From NCBI GenBank assembly GCA_030704615.1, contig CM060731.1, forward strand, positions 38,688,001 to 38,752,000: a DNA stretch of 64,000 nucleotides. The letters are read 5' to 3'. Below, piece by piece: positions 26,824 through 41,770 of this stretch (positions within the stretch are counted from its first letter, which is position 1; the number at the start of each line of letters is the position of its first letter). The notes beneath the pieces were generated by a model, which was not told the DNA's origin, ran no database searches, and saw only the letters and a list, made by a program, of their open reading frames with translations. The translations under genes were made by a program, and so were the position numbers. Origin of the DNA: Takakia lepidozioides. Lineage: Eukaryota; Plantae; Bryophyta.

Positions 26824-27177
26824 CGTGGCTGACCCTCTTCTTCATGTATGCATTACTACCCCTTCTCCATCACGCACTTCATCACCATCTTCCTGCCCTC
26901 GAATTCTCTTGCCAATCCTCTTCATCTCCCTTCTCCACCACTACCTTTTTCTTGGATATCACATCCCTGCCTAATCTCTATTGCCTTTTGACCACCCAAC
27001 CAGCCTAAGCATCCCTACCTAGAAAACAGCCTGCAGAAACCACCCCCTGTACCTTACAGCGACAATCCCTCTCAATCAGGCCCCTTGCCGTCTTTTCCAG
27101 CTGCAAGTTCTCCCCAATGAGCTGAGCTGAGCCTCGCTCAGAATTATTTCCTAATCTTCTAGTGACGACGGGCGAAC

Positions 27178-27179
<2 letters not shown>

Positions 27180-27215
<36 letters not shown>
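27180..27215. repeat. (CT)n microsatellite upstream of the histidine kinase ATG (likely 5' UTR)
   Basis: About 17 CT units. Confidence 0.9.
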
Positions 27216-27217
<2 letters not shown>

Positions 27218-29661
27218 ACAAGCAGCCGGTGCACGATGCCAGAACACCCATGCCTCTCTTCGGGAAACGGATAGCAACCTTCCACCTGCGAAGACAACCA
27301 CATTCAGGCTCAAGAGGAGAGCTCATCAAATCCCATCCGCTGCCGCCAGCAGCTCAGCGCCGCCGAGCTCGATTACTGATCTTCCTCTTTGCATTTGCTG
27401 CTACAGGAACAGCACGTAATCCCAAATCTGCACCAAGCTCGAGCGGCAATGAGGAACAACCACCAGAGAACCGACAACGGCCCAAATAATACTGGGTTCA
27501 AATTCTACTACCTAGATGTGTGTGGTATTATATTCGTCCGCACAGCCCATGAGCGTTTTTTATGTTTATTTTTGATATGAGCGGTGATCGTTCTTATTGA
27601 TGCCTCAGGGCAAGTGTACAAAGAAACAGCATCAATATCCTAAGCAAGCTAGTTTGCCTGTTTTTGTTTCGACATTGAGATCTTCGAAACCACAAGGCCT
27701 CCGAGGCTGTTTCATTATTTTTGAATTTCAAGTATTTTTCGTCACTGGACATTCATGAAGAATAAAAATTGGAATATTGGCCCTGCATTTGTCCTTCGGT
27801 ATATCACATGGTCATACAAATAGTTGAAATATATTGGCATTTACAATATTGTTTCGGACCTCTTTTATAGTTGAAAATACGCATATACTTACAATATGTG
27901 CTGAACGGCTAAAGGCCACAGTAACCATTAACAGCACAATCCATGTGCACTATAGCCTAGCATCATTCATCACCTGCCCTAAAGGACCACTGAATAAATT
28001 GAGGCAAGAGAAGGAAAAAAAAACCCCACTTCCACCAGTCACAATTCTGCCTGCAACCGCACCTGGTTGTTGACGATTCGCCTCCATTGACAGAGAAGAT
28101 TTGTGGAATGGGACAGTGAGCAACATTGGGTCCTGGGTAGACCCACCCATATAAATAGTAATGGCAAAGCAACCCTAAAGCAACCCACAATGCAATAAGT
28201 TAAGTTGGACAACCCACAGGACCAAGCAGACCAAGCAGGTAGACATGACAAAAACCGTTGAGGTGAGGAGATGTAGCCTAAAAGAATGGTGGAGGGTGAT
28301 TGAATGAATTTGAGCCTGGGATTCCGAGCCCAAAAACCATAGAAATGGAAAGTGAGGGTTAGACAAACTCGCAAGGTGGCATGGGGTGAATTCAAATGTG
28401 GGTCTCGCATAGAGAGTACTCACAAGGAGGGGGACGGCGGGAAGCGTGTGTAGTGTGCACCTATCGGAGAGGGGTTAGCTGTCGCTGGTGCCGCCACGAA
28501 TCCCCCCGCCTATACATCTGCCAGCAAGTGTCCTCTGAAGCGGGAAACCCGCAAAAACGTGCCCCGGCTCCATTGGCTGTCTAGAGCGCAACCCACACCG
28601 AGTAATACCCGGCTTCGCTGTCCTGCTCCACAGCTCAAGGTGCTTTGTCGAGTCTGGTGTCATCAGCGTATACATCTGTTAATGTATCGACAAAAAAAGC
28701 TATGGGGTCGACTCGTACCTTACAAGAATTTGGCAGCCTTTGCAGAGCACCCGCACCCTTGCTTCCCAGCATTCGCACAAGAAGCTGCTGTGCTTCACTT
28801 TGAGAGGGTCAGATCCTCATTTCCAAAAGAAATTGCTGTCTCCATCGTCTCCATCAGTGTGATACCACGAACACCATTGAAGAGCTAGATATGTTACATA
28901 TCCCTTCTCTAGGGCAATCAATTCCAGTTCCATGTTGCCGACATGAATGTCAAACATGTAAACTATTTCTCTTCGTACCCTCTGCAACCTGAACCTACCT
29001 TTGCTTGAACAACTAAAAAACCAGTCGCAAAACAACTTGGGAGCAGCAGAATCACAAGCTATGGCCCTGATGGCGGATGGAAATCCTCAAACAGGAAGGC
29101 ACCTCGATTGAAGTAGCCAATAGATTCAATCTGCCACTCATGATTACAAAATAGAAATTCCTAAAGTTACAACATAGAGATTTGCTCTTCCAGATGGCCC
29201 ACTGCCTAACTGTATACTCTCCTGTGCAGCAGTCTATTTCCCTAGTATCACAGTAATGGCTTTTAACATAGCTCTAGCTCAAAGTCTTGGGCAAAGATAA
29301 GAAAAATGTTAAGTGGTACGTCAAAAAATGTACATTGCTTGTGCTCCGAGTCCCGCTGAACCAACTGTAGCATGATCCTATTGCCGCGCACAATTTCAAG
29401 TAGAAAAGAGACTAATTATCCCATCAATGACATTGGGACTCTCCAAATAAGAGAAATGAAATGAAATGGTGCTTTATAAATGGTGCTCTCCAAATAAGAG
29501 ACCAAATAACTGAAAGCCCCCTATTCTAAGTTAAATGAAATGTGCAAGATCAATTACCTCAGATGAGGCCAAGCAACTTCTAGACACTAATTTTACTCCA
29601 CATCTGAGTACAAGAGCAAGTAGCAATGACTGCCGATCCTGGTCTCCCCATAACTGTATCT

Positions 29662-32600
29662 CTACTTTTCTAATAGCTGTCGCAGCACATAATGAAGTAT
29701 TCCTCCATGCTGGAAATAAGTCAATTCAACCTACAAACAGCCCCAATTGCATTGATAAGATCACATGTACAACACAGGAAGAGGTGTCCACCCTCAGAGA
29801 AAGAGATGGTGGAGAGAGACACGCAAATACAGACCCAGTCCTAAACCACCACTAGATTAGACACCAAGAGTCAAAACAATAAACATCTCACAAACAATCT
29901 CTAGCGGCTACTGGCAAGATACCACACATTCAAGACCAACACCTGTTGTTGCCAAAAACACCAAATGATGTTCAGAAAAGTCCATGGGTGAAACACACAA
30001 CACCTGCTTGCTACAGGTGCCACACAAATTCGCATTTATGCACCCCTTCCATATCCGTCCAAGCAGAATACATAAGATAAGACCCACACAGAGAGAAGAG
30101 GTGGTGATAAGAACACGTTTGACAACTACCTGCGTGTCAAAGCGAAGAGTACAAGTGAATTCCTTCCCAGTATCAGTCTTGACGACCACATCCATGCCAG
30201 GCTTGATTTTCTTGGCATCAGTGGGTAGGTTTATGGTATACTTTTCATAACCGGTCAAACCAAGTGAGTCAGCATCCTGTCCTTGCTTGAAGCAAAGTGG
30301 AATCAGGCCCATGCCCACCAGGTTGCTGCGATGAATACGCTCAAAGCTCTTTGAAATCACTGCCTTTACCCCCTGTCAAAAGCATGTGGCCGTGTCAGTA
30401 TGTGTGTCTTTGTCCCATGGGCCCTCAGGGCCCCGTGCATTGCATAAAGTTTCTTTCTTACCAATGTGTATGTGACTTATCAAGGCCAATTGTGTTGCAC
30501 CAGACAGTTTAGCTAACATTCTCTCCCCAGCCTAATAGATGCACAGAAACTCCCCCATTTCCAACATTACACATATAAACAACTAGTGCACAATTACAAG
30601 AAGTGCTCACCTGCAAGTAGGGGCCTTTGGCAGCCCAATCACGAGAGCTGCCACTCCCATACTCAGCTCCCGCCAGAATGATCGTGTCTTTTCCTTCCTC
30701 CATATACCTCTGCAGGATGTCCACTCAAAATTTGTCGACAAACAATCCTGCAATCGAAAGCTTCGTGGATGGTTGCTGGACTTTGCACAACACATCTACC
30801 ATATCGGAACCACAGCATTACCTTTGGAGATACTCACAAAAGACATGGGAGTGAAGGTACGTATATCTATGTAAGAGCCGAGGAGAACTCCAGGCTACAT
30901 TTGCATTGGTACATCAACAAAAGAAAGAATGATCATATCCAAGGCAACAGCGACTGCACAATTAAAGAAGAAACTATTGAGAACAACAGAACATGGGAGT
31001 GAAGGACTAATATAGAAGCCAGGAAACATGCTGCAAACCCAAAGTCAATCATGCATTATGGCAGATGTTTTGACAACATTATTACCTTTGCAGCATCATA
31101 GATAAAAAGCTTCTCCTTTGATGGAACATGGATGGTCCTTGGTCCAACTTCCCCCTTCAAGAACTTGTTGACAATGCGAATGTTGGCAAAGGTACCTCTG
31201 GCCATGATTTCATCATTACCACGACGACTGCCATAGGAGTTGAAGTCCTTGCGCTGAACTCCATGATCCATTAAGAACTTGGCAGCTGGACTATCTTTGT
31301 TAATGTTACCAGCTGGTGAGATGTGGTCAGTGGTTATGCTGTCGCCAAAGTTGAGAAGGCAATATGCATCTTTCACAGTGTGCACACCAGGAGGATTCTT
31401 TGACATACTCTTGAAAAAGGGGGGTTCATGGACATAAGTGGACTCCGGATCCCAGGCATATTGAGACCCTTTGGGGGAAGCCAGCTGATTCCACATCTTG
31501 TTGCCTTTTGTGATGGCCTGATATGTCGACAGGAACATCTCTGGAAGCACTGACATTTGCACCACCTATAGCACAACCATCCGTGTAACAAGTACTATCA
31601 ACAGAGTATCATTATAACTGTCGAATGGTGTACCCCAAAACAACAAAGATAAAGTAGAGTATAGAGGCTTGTTTAGCCACTCTCACTTTTGTTCAAATGT
31701 ACTCTAGCCAAAACAACTGCATGTAATGAAAATGGTTCATTTCCTAGACCTCCAGGAGCATTCCATCATTTTGCCTGTATTGATAGAAAACAAGAGATGC
31801 GTTGCATAAATGCAACTTTGCAATGGGATTCAGGCGAAGAAGGCAATATATCTTAACTATTCTATGCCTTTCAGTAGCAGCCTCTTGATATGTCTGTGCG
31901 AAAATTAGCAGCTTTAGACTTTGAGAACCTCCCTCCCCAACTCCCCCTTTTTCACCAGAAAAGAAGTTGAGTGTTTCAGGGAGCCTCCTGAAGAATCACT
32001 CTTCTCATTAAGGATTTGAACAAAGGTGTATGGTCTGTTCTCATTCACTAAAGATTCCAAAACCCGCATTGGCAATCTCTTCATGGGAAGGTCGAGTGTC
32101 CCTCAAATACAAGGGCTTCCAGCTTCACTTTTCTATCTAAAAGATCTATGTTGAACTCACCTTGGCAATCTCCTCACTGGAAGGCCAGATGTCCTTCAAG
32201 TACACGGGCTTCCCACCCTTGCCCTTTCCAATTGGTTCCTTCTCAAAATCAATATTCACCTGCTCCATCATTCCAAGTGATAAGTCTCAAGGCCAGGCTG
32301 GTGCATTCAATTCTATTTTTAAATGCTATAATAGATTGTACTCATAAGACGTTGTTTGCCGTAGCCTTGTGGCCATTGACCCCGCGCCCAGTTTGAGCGG
32401 GAACAAAAGGGACAACTTATAAATGCTATAATAGAAATAAAATGAAATGAAATGGAACTTTATAACGTCCGCAGAAAGCTCAGAGCATTCTAGAGTATTC
32501 TTCTTTATTTGTTCAAGATTACAGAAAATTGGTGTACATAAGAGTTGTACCGACCCATTTTTAACTCTTTCAATGCCATATATAATAAGAGACCTCATAA

Positions 32601-35600
32601 AGACTATTCATGAAACAAGAGGAAGGGATAAGAGTTTTGATCTGTCTGATGATCTAGAAATTTTACAACACAGCAGAAGAATACACGTTCCCATGATAAG
32701 ACTTGGACAAAAACCATTGCCGTTATCCAATGCACTGTGCACACTCACATATAAAGTCTTCTTTGAGCCTATTCATCACTAAATGTAACTGAATACAACA
32801 TACAATATCCAATATCCAATATCCACCAGTCTCCACCAGTCAAAGTCATCACAGAGACTGATACAGACTCAGCACATTGTTAGCCTGAAACTCTCTAAGA
32901 CACTCTGAGGTCAACTGGTTATTTATCTAGTGATGCCGCCTTCCCAACAGTTAAGAAAAACAACTAATCCTAACCAACAACATGAGGCTGATTGATAACC
33001 AACCGTCCCAGCAAATGCGTAAGCGACCACCAAAGGAGGTGAGGCCAGATAGTTTGCCCTAGTCAATGGATGCACACGACCCTCAAAGTTCCGGTTGCCT
33101 GACAGTACTGCTGCTGCGACTATGTCTGCACACAAGAAACCGCCCATAACTGGCATCATCATCTTGTACCAACTACAGACTACCTGACACTGAAAGAAAT
33201 ATTCGCATGGCCATGTCGTAAGTGTTACAGCCACATGTTCTGATTTGAAGATCTTTTGGTTACACACTCCACATGTCACTATTAATAACAAGGACCAGCT
33301 TTTCACCAATGAGTACAAATAACTTCCAAGCCCCGACTGAGGGGCAAGGAAGAACCATGCCCCCAAATAAAGCCTGGAAGTAGGATGGTCTGGAGAAAGT
33401 CATAACTGAAGAGTGGATAAGTGTCCATGTGGACCAGGGAATTCGTAAGTGAGAGACAGTATCTCAAAGACTAGACTTCTCCCAATCCAAAAGAAAAAGT
33501 AAACAGCAATCAGAAGTACACTGTAAAGCCTAATTTAACAGTTGTTGATGATGTGTGTGTTTGCACTTTGTTTCAGAACAAAAAGGCTTGCACACCATAC
33601 CATGCTCGGCAATCGCGTTCGCAACATCTTCATGGAGCTCTCCAGAGTTCCCAATGCAGGTTGTACAGCCATATCCCACCAGACTGAAACCTTGTTTGTC
33701 CAGGTACTTGGTCAGGCCACTGCAATATCATAAAACAAAGACCATTTTTCTCTTGGAATAAAACCTCACAACAAGCATGTTGACTTTAATAAGATGTCAA
33801 TATTGTTATAAAGATTCACAGACAGCGCATACACGTAGTATAAGGCACAGCTCTACCAGTTCCCAAATGCAGACCTAAACTTTGCCAACATGAGCAAATT
33901 AGGCATCGTGAGAACCAGTCTTGACCACAGGAAGGCCTACACAAGTGACTCATCAGCAGGCTCGCTATGTTGCTCAACTCTTGCCCACAGCATGTGTGTA
34001 CGTGTGGCAAGTGTACCAAAAAGGCATTGTAGCTGTGCTGTACCTTTTCTCAAGGTACAGCGTGACAACTCCTGACCCCGGAGCAAGGCTGGTCTTCACC
34101 CAAGGTTTCACCTGTTCCATCCACCTAGATACTTAGATCTCCTCACAACATAAATGAAAGACTGGTGTAGCATACACACACATCAATTTTGCAGCTGGAG
34201 CCTAAGAGTTACAAGAAATTGGAAAAAAACTAATCAGAAGTCATGTGTCCACAAATGCATTCTCTGTAGAAAGCTCCAAGCATACATGTTGATGTTCACA
34301 AGATATTAGTCAATTGGAGAACACAATCTAGAGACCCCATGTCCATACTGCCCAGGTAAGAATAAAATACTACAGTGAAAATAATTGTTACTCCCAGACC
34401 AATCAAGACAGAGTGCAGAGAATGAAAACTGACTTCCAGTCCGGCCTCAGTTGCCTTTTTGGCCACAAGACCCGCGCCAAGCATCACACTAGGGTTGGAG
34501 GTGTTGGTGCAACTTGTAATGGCAGCTATCACCACACTGCCGTGCCTCAGCTCAGCAGTCTTGCCTTCAAACTTAAATGAGGCAACCTTCTTTTGGGCAT
34601 CCTTGGGAATGGCAAACCCCTGGAAGAGAGTATCAAAAGACAAGATAGATGATATAACTGTCGCCTTGTTCAGGCCAAGAAAAGACGGACACCTTCAAAA
34701 CAAAGTTTCTCCTATTATTACAATATACTTGTAGGCGCACAGCCAAGAAGCCTAACACTCAAAACAAGAAGCCCAGTAAGGTGGACATTAGTCATCAGTG
34801 AAGTAAACGAACCCAGCATATGAACAACATTGAAGTTGAAGACAGAAGTAACAAAGGAACAGAATAAGTATTGGAATATCATACCTTGAAGCCAACCTTG
34901 TTATCCAAACAAGCCTGCCAATCTTTCTTCATGTCTTTTATCATCACCCGGTCATGTGGCCTGGACTCCTTCTAAGCACTCAGTCAGACAACTTGGAGAC
35001 TGGCAAGAGGTAAAGGGTACACGCTGTTTGCAGACATGAAAACCTCCATAGAGATGATAAAAGAGATGTTGGGAAGTCCACCATACTATGCTCAAAGCAC
35101 ATTAGCATTTGGATCTAAACAAAATAAACTGTCAAAGGATTTGATGGATGTACCGCTTAGGTCCAGAAACACATGGCTCCACTGTGTTGAGGTCCAATTC
35201 CAAATACGAGGAGTACTTGTTGTCTTTCTGAGGCTGCAAATGTATGACACTAAATGATCAAACAATCCAATGTCCAGTGACTTTCCATGAGCTTGCTACT
35301 AACACTTCCAACGTTGCTCAAAGCATTTCAAAGGTTTGCGTTATGTTAGCTATTATATCGCCCATACAACTAGCAGTAGATAGCGAACCAACAGGACATC
35401 AAATTGCAAAAAGTTGCTGAGACATAAGTGCACTTCACAGGGACATGAGAAAGGTGTTGCTGATCTGGTTTAACATGAAAACTCCCTATTAAAGCTACCA
35501 GGACCATTCAGCACGTCAGCTGCTCTACACTAACAAGTAAGAATAAAACTTGCCTTTTTATGGTCAATGAACATGTTGTTTGCTCGCAAATATTCTTCAA

Positions 35601-38600
35601 TCTCCTTCACCTGTCTTGTTTAAATGAGAAACAACGTCAGAACCCATGGTGCCAGTCCTGAACATAGCAGATAGTGAACCAACAGTGAGCAGAAATGTAA
35701 TAACATACATTCCAAGTGACCCAGGCATAAAGCACATAGAAGTGTTCTAAATATAGCTAACAAGTGTCAGTTCAGACAATTCACAACAACAAAACACGAA
35801 TTTGCATTGTTGTCAGAAACTAGTAACAGTGGTCCCTATAAGTGCAAATAGAGGCACCCTGTACTATGTTAAACCTTAGAGTATTACTCCTGGCACAACC
35901 ATGAATCCACCACACAATCGGATAAAATGCCTCGATCATCAAGATTACTTGCCTTCTTTTCGTCACGACCAGTCAATCTCAGGTACTGAAGTGTGACATG
36001 GTCAACTGGGAAGAAACCCATGGTGGCCCCATACTCCGGAGCCATGTTTGCAATTGTTGCACGATCAGCTAAAGAAAGCTCAGACATCCCCTTACCTGCA
36101 AATTATCAGCAGTCACAGTGCCATTTAACTTTCCAAATGGAAGTACCACAAGTCAGACGGAGGACAATATCAGCTACAAACTCCTAGGAAATAGATTATC
36201 AAAAAGCCTAGTGTCGCATTCACTTCTCTCTTCCAAAGAAGAATCATACTATGGGACTTGGCATCGTGCACATTTACACTGACAAAGGAGGATGAACTAC
36301 GAACCATAAAACTCCACAAACTTGCCAACCACACCATGCTTTCGTAATATTTGAGTAACAGTCAGCACCAGGTCTGTGGCTGTGACTCCAGTCCGAAGTT
36401 TGCCATTCAACTTAAACCCTACTACCCCTGGGAGGACCATACTCATGGGCTGCATAAACAGACATTGAAAATGTCTCAACTTAGTGCACACAGATCCATA
36501 CATGCAACCACATAAAGCAGTATACTAGTACGCTTGCACTGCCTGACCCTGCATCAGAAAGCCCTAGTATGGTACCTAAAACTGTCAGAATCATTGACAC
36601 AAAGCCCAATGTTCTTTCCCATCACAATTTGTCATATGATCATTTCAAAGCTTTAGACATGCATCGTGTATCTGCGCCCACGTCACACAAGTTCCTGGGT
36701 CTTGCTGCCAATACCAGGTAGAGCTTTTTAAATAGATGACCAGCAAAATCACAATACTACTAACAAAATCATAACACGAGTATTTGGCTTGAACTGCACC
36801 ATACTTGGCCAAGCATTGCTGCCTCTGCTTCAATGCCTCCAACTCCCCAGCCTGCAACACCAAGCCCATCTATCATCGTCGTGTGTGAGTCTGTTCCCAC
36901 AAGACTGTCAGGGTACAAAATGCCATCACTGTTGAAAACAACTCGAGCCAGATACTCCAGATTCACCTGCAAAAGGTCAACAGATCATGTGACCATTCTC
37001 AGCTGGTAGTGACGTATGCCAAACAATTATAGGAGTAGTTCCAATTCAGTGTTAAGACAAGTTGGCATAAACCCTTTACTGCCTAGATCCTTCAGAACTG
37101 AAACATCTACACCCAACACCCCTGAAGATCCAATGACGGCACACAGTCAGGTGCAAATGGCTGTCCAGACCCCAACCTGATGCACGATACCAGAGCCTGG
37201 TGGAACCACGAGCATGTTCTTGAAAGCAGTTGCCCCCCACTTCAAAAAAGCAAACCGTTCCTTGTTGCGACTAAACTCTAACTCCATATTTGCCTGGAGA
37301 GCATTTGCCTTTCGTGCCACATCAACCTGCACTGAATGATCAATCACTAGGTCGACTGGCACCTGCAAACTTGCATCAACAGACCACCTTTGTTCAGAGG
37401 GTGAGGATGGAAGGGGCTACGGCAGCCATTTCCTCCAAAGCATACCATCTCAAAGGCACATTGTCCTCCGTTGTTGGGCAAGCTGTGACATCCATGATTG
37501 TGTATAACAAGGCTGGTCTACCAGGAATAATGAGTTAACAGATTCTGTGGAAACCTGTTCAACCCCCATTGCTGGCATGACATCCACAGTAAGAAGTTAC
37601 GTCACCAACATGTGGAATTTGTGGCACTGGAAATGGACATCTGTTCTGAGGCAACAGAACAACCACTTTCTTGATTGATTAATAATGAGTCGAAGTTTTG
37701 CAGAAGCTTGCATGGAACTAGGCTAGCTACATCCCTATGCTTTTTAATCCCAGACAGCTATTGATGTGGATAAATTTCTTCTGTGTTATTTTCTATGCAA
37801 GTATCCAGGAGAAATGACATCATTCCTATTAATATTCCATCATTACTAACCATAAAGGATGAGAACTGGGGTAATAGATAGTAGATCTAATATCTCGACT
37901 ATATAGTGCATTAGAGTACAGAAATTTCAGAGAGAACAGAATCCTCTCAAGGTTATCAGGCTCCAAAGAGCCCTCTGCTGATACCCTAATTGCCCCATGC
38001 TACATCCCCGGAGAGAATCGAATGTTACCGCATTGACCACTACCTCAGATCACAAGATGAAAGAAAACCAAAAGTTAACATGTTGACATCATGGCAATAT
38101 AAATTGGACACACATTCCAGAGGTGTAGTTGAAATTCATTCTTACCAAAGGGTTGATTTTGTTTGGATCACCACCCAGACGTTTGATGGCATCGCGCATA
38201 GCAGCTAGATCAACCACAGCTGGCACTCCTGTGAAATCCTGGAGATGCATGAGAGGACGTTACCACTCTCTCGGGGGGCTCCCATGGACATTAGAATGTT
38301 CCTGTTACTTCCTGTCTCACTTACATTGATTTTGGGTCTTTTAGATCTCACTTGGAACTACATTTTTATCCCGTAGGCTGTTCAGGCTTTCAGTACACAT
38401 GAGGACTTTTTCTCTCCCTTGATATATTTTGACGTAGCTCTCCATTTGTCGCATGGGCTCTCCTGACCCTTCGTGAACGTTACAAAAATTCTTTTTTCAT
38501 TCTTGCTCTCTCTTCTTTCTCTCTCCTGCCCTTTTCAAAGGGCTATGGCATTTTGCTCAATACCCTTGTTTATGAAAAACCCACCACCAGGTCCAGAACT

Positions 38601-40248
38601 CAGGAGGGATGATATCTCACTGGGCTAAGCCCTCGAGGATCATAGATACTGTTCACAAGGAATTGTCTATATGTGGATTTCTCCCTCCACTACAAAACAA
38701 GATCTGCATTTGCCTCGACGAGGGAAGATAAGAGACCTCCACCACAAAGCCCCTCTTCCCAGAGCACACCAAAAAGGTGCATGCCATGGTATGACGATGT
38801 AGGAAAGTTATAGGAAAGTTAAGGACCTGTAGGATTACACGAGCAGGCTTGAAGGGAATTTCCACTTGTTTAGGAGCAGTCTTCTCCCAGTCCAAAATCT
38901 TTTCCACGTCTTCCTTCATCACCTGAAAGTTGTCACAATTCCTGATTGCCGATTCTAACAGAATCCTAATTGAATAGGGCAGCGAATCTGCATGGATATG
39001 CAAGTGAAATTCATGAGTAAACACACCAGTCACCCACCCAAGTCTTCAGAAACTCATAAGTACATACTGTGAAAAAATGTGGCATCTCAAGTATAACCTT
39101 TTCCGAACTTTCAAACTATTCAAGAATTATCATGAGGTAAAATTGATGTATATATGTTTAAACTTGATATGCTAGGGAATACTTATTGGACATGCTCAAC
39201 ATGCTGTCATGTAAGGTATTTCAATGCATTCTGGTCCTGGAAAGTCAAGAGTTACGATGCGTAATATGGAATGCAAAACCTAGTGCGTCCTCCCATCAGA
39301 GAAGATTGTGAAAAGCCTGAACTGGTTCACATGAACTTTCCTGTTTGATATGGAGACAAACTGATGTACTGCATGAACTGTGCACACTACCGATTGTAAA
39401 CTTACTAACTCGAGGATCTTTAAGTTTGGGAAGACTGTAGTATTTGCCATATGAACCACCGCCGCTCTTGGGCAAATCAGTCAAAATCTTCCGGAAAGGA
39501 TTTTCTGCTGCTGATACACAAAGAAAGCCCCAGTTAAATACCAAGGGGGCTCCAACATAAAAGCTGCTATGAGGACACTAATAGTGTATTGGCTGTGCGA
39601 GAAAATGTACTCATGAGACGTTGTTTGCATTTGTATTCAAGAAATATTTATGAAGCACAAAAGAGCATTGGTTAATCACATCGACATTCATGTGCCATTT
39701 CATAAATCTGTCCCAAGTTTGAAAAATCCACACTTCCATACTCACATGACAAAGCAACGCATTCTACATGGGTCCGCGACAATGCAATCAATTGCAGGAT
39801 TAAGACCATCTTAGTAAAATTAAAATCATGTCATGCGAGTACCGTGAGAGGACATCGTCCTTGCACCCTGCAGCGGTGGCCTGGTTGAAATCGCAGCACA
39901 GACGGCCGCCTTATTCCCGGATCCAACACCAGAAAACCCTGGCCCTACACTATCGAAAGAAAAAAATGCCGATGAAAAACTCCTGTGCGACCTGCTTCCA
40001 AAGAATTCAGAATGCAGCAAAGCACAGTGTGTCCGCGGACCAAAATTCAAGGTAACGAGACACTTCGGCGCTCCGGCAGACCACACTGCAAAAGAGAGAG
40101 GCAGCCCTGCCAAACTAATGACATGTGAAGAAGAATTCGAACAAAACGGAGCCGAGGATCTCGCGTACGGACAGCAAGAAACAGCCAATTGCATCAGTCT
40201 ACAAGAGCGCCACGCCCGCAACAACGGCAATGCTGCAATGACCTGCAT
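29662..40248 (-). CDS. ACO: Aconitate hydratase (AcnA/IRP1-type), probably with an N-terminal organellar transit peptide
   Basis: Multi-exon gene with the motifs [82 protein letters not shown] and [13 protein letters not shown]; last exon 29730..29662 ([22 protein letters not shown]). First exon is Ser/Arg-rich and the start codon is uncertain. Confidence 0.95.
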
Positions 40249-40889
40249 TATGAGATACCCTTAGGCATTAGGGAGCCTCTGTAGGGAGCCCCCAATGCCC
40301 TTGCATTCCAAATTGCGCAAGATCGCAGGCCTCTCAAGAGGGAGAGAGAGAGAGAGAGGGCCCTAGCTCCAGAACGGGCAGCCGTTGCTCAGCCCGGGCA
40401 GGCTACCCCAGCCTCGTCCAGTAGACTCGGTATCAGGTTCGGAAGAGCTCCCTCTATTCCGGGCTGCTATTTAAATTTCTGTGGGACCCGGTGGACATGA
40501 AGGGCAAGAACGCAATCTCGGCACTTGGCAGCTTCTGCAAGTTCCTGCAGCCAATGTGGGCGGGGAATCTGAGCGATTTGCTGTTTGACCCAAGTTTCAT
40601 GGAAGCGAGGAAGAAGTCTTGCCCGAATCTGCAGGCAGAACGAGCACTTCGAACTCTGGAGATTCACCACAGTGAGATCTGTTGACATTTGTACCGATTC
40701 CTTCTCTGAGTTCAGGATTCGACATGGTACCCAACAGCCGGTAGTATGAAGACAGCAGGGCCTCGACATCTGCAAGCCCCGGTCCCCGGACAGCAGGATC
40801 GGTGACGCCATCTCCAACTCCCAATCACCAGCGCTACTATGCCAAGCATGGCTGATGTTTGCAAGGCATTTGACAGGCAAAACAAAAGG

Positions 40890-41200
40890 CAAAAGAAAAT
40901 GAGCCTGTCAAAAGAAAGGCAATGAGAAAAAAATGCCTGTCACAGTGAAAGTTAAAAACAAAAATAGCCTGTAAAAAGAAAGGCAGAAATTTCTGATAAT
41001 TAGGGGTAATTTGATTACTAAGTCCACCTAGGAGAGGCTCACAAAGCCTGAAAGCTACAAATGAATAGAAAATCTGCAGAGATTACTGAAAGTTATTAGC
41101 AATTTTATTAGTAAGTCCACCTAGAGGCTAGGAGAGGCTAAAAAAGGTACAATTTGTTAGTAGTTTTTGTTAAGCTTACTAATAAGTCCACCTAGGGGAG
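40890..41200. repeat. AT-rich dispersed repeat (MITE/Helitron-like debris) with CCTGTCA and AGTCCACCTAG sub-repeats
   Basis: TGTCACAGTGAAAGT(T/C)AAAAACAA recurs at about 50960-50985. TAAGTCCACCTAG occurs three times locally. Confidence 0.45.
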
Positions 41201-41770
41201 CCTCACCGAGCATTGCCAGCAGTGTTTTTCTTAGGAAATTTGGAAACGGCGCGAGTGGCTACAGTATATTCTGTTCATCCACTGAAATCATCCACTTCTG
41301 CCATGAAAAACATGGGACTTTTGACAGAATATATATATATATATATATATATATGTTTGTTTTTTGTTTTTTTTTTAGGTCGAAATCTGGCAAAAATTCG
41401 CCTATAAAAAAAACGCTGACTGCAGCTGCCCTTCTTTGTGTTTCAAGCCTTAAACCTCTAAGCTTGGGCCCTCGCCGCACCAGCCTGCTACACTCTTACT
41501 AACTACTGCTACATAGAAAATTGCGGCCGCACTGAGATGTTTAAAATGTTTTAGCCATAACTATAGTTATCTATCCTAAAAACTTCATTCCTACTTTAGA
41601 GCAAATTTAGCACTACCCCCCCCCCCCCCCCCCCAGTGCTAAATCTAAACAGGCGCGCCGTTTTTGGGCAGCTGCCCGCGCCATTCTCTGCCATCGCCAT
41701 TCCCATTCGCCATTTGCTTCTCATTCGCTCTTCCCTTCTCCTTCACGCTCTCTTTTGGTTTTAGTTTCTC

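Noticed and set aside
28700-28890. Cys-containing minus-strand peptide (CECWEARVRVLCKGC) as a B-box remnant
   Set aside because: Too short, interrupted by stops, and the spacing is not convincing.
6932-40248. Iron-homeostasis cluster (VIT1-family transporter plus Fe-S aconitase)
   Set aside because: The genes are more than 20 kb apart with unrelated genes between them, and no shared regulatory signal is visible.
40467-40892. 141-aa and 75-aa ORFs upstream of aconitase as a separate gene
   Set aside because: No recognisable domain; the position fits the aconitase promoter region (TATA-like ATTTAAATA near 40470 and a CT tract near 40340).
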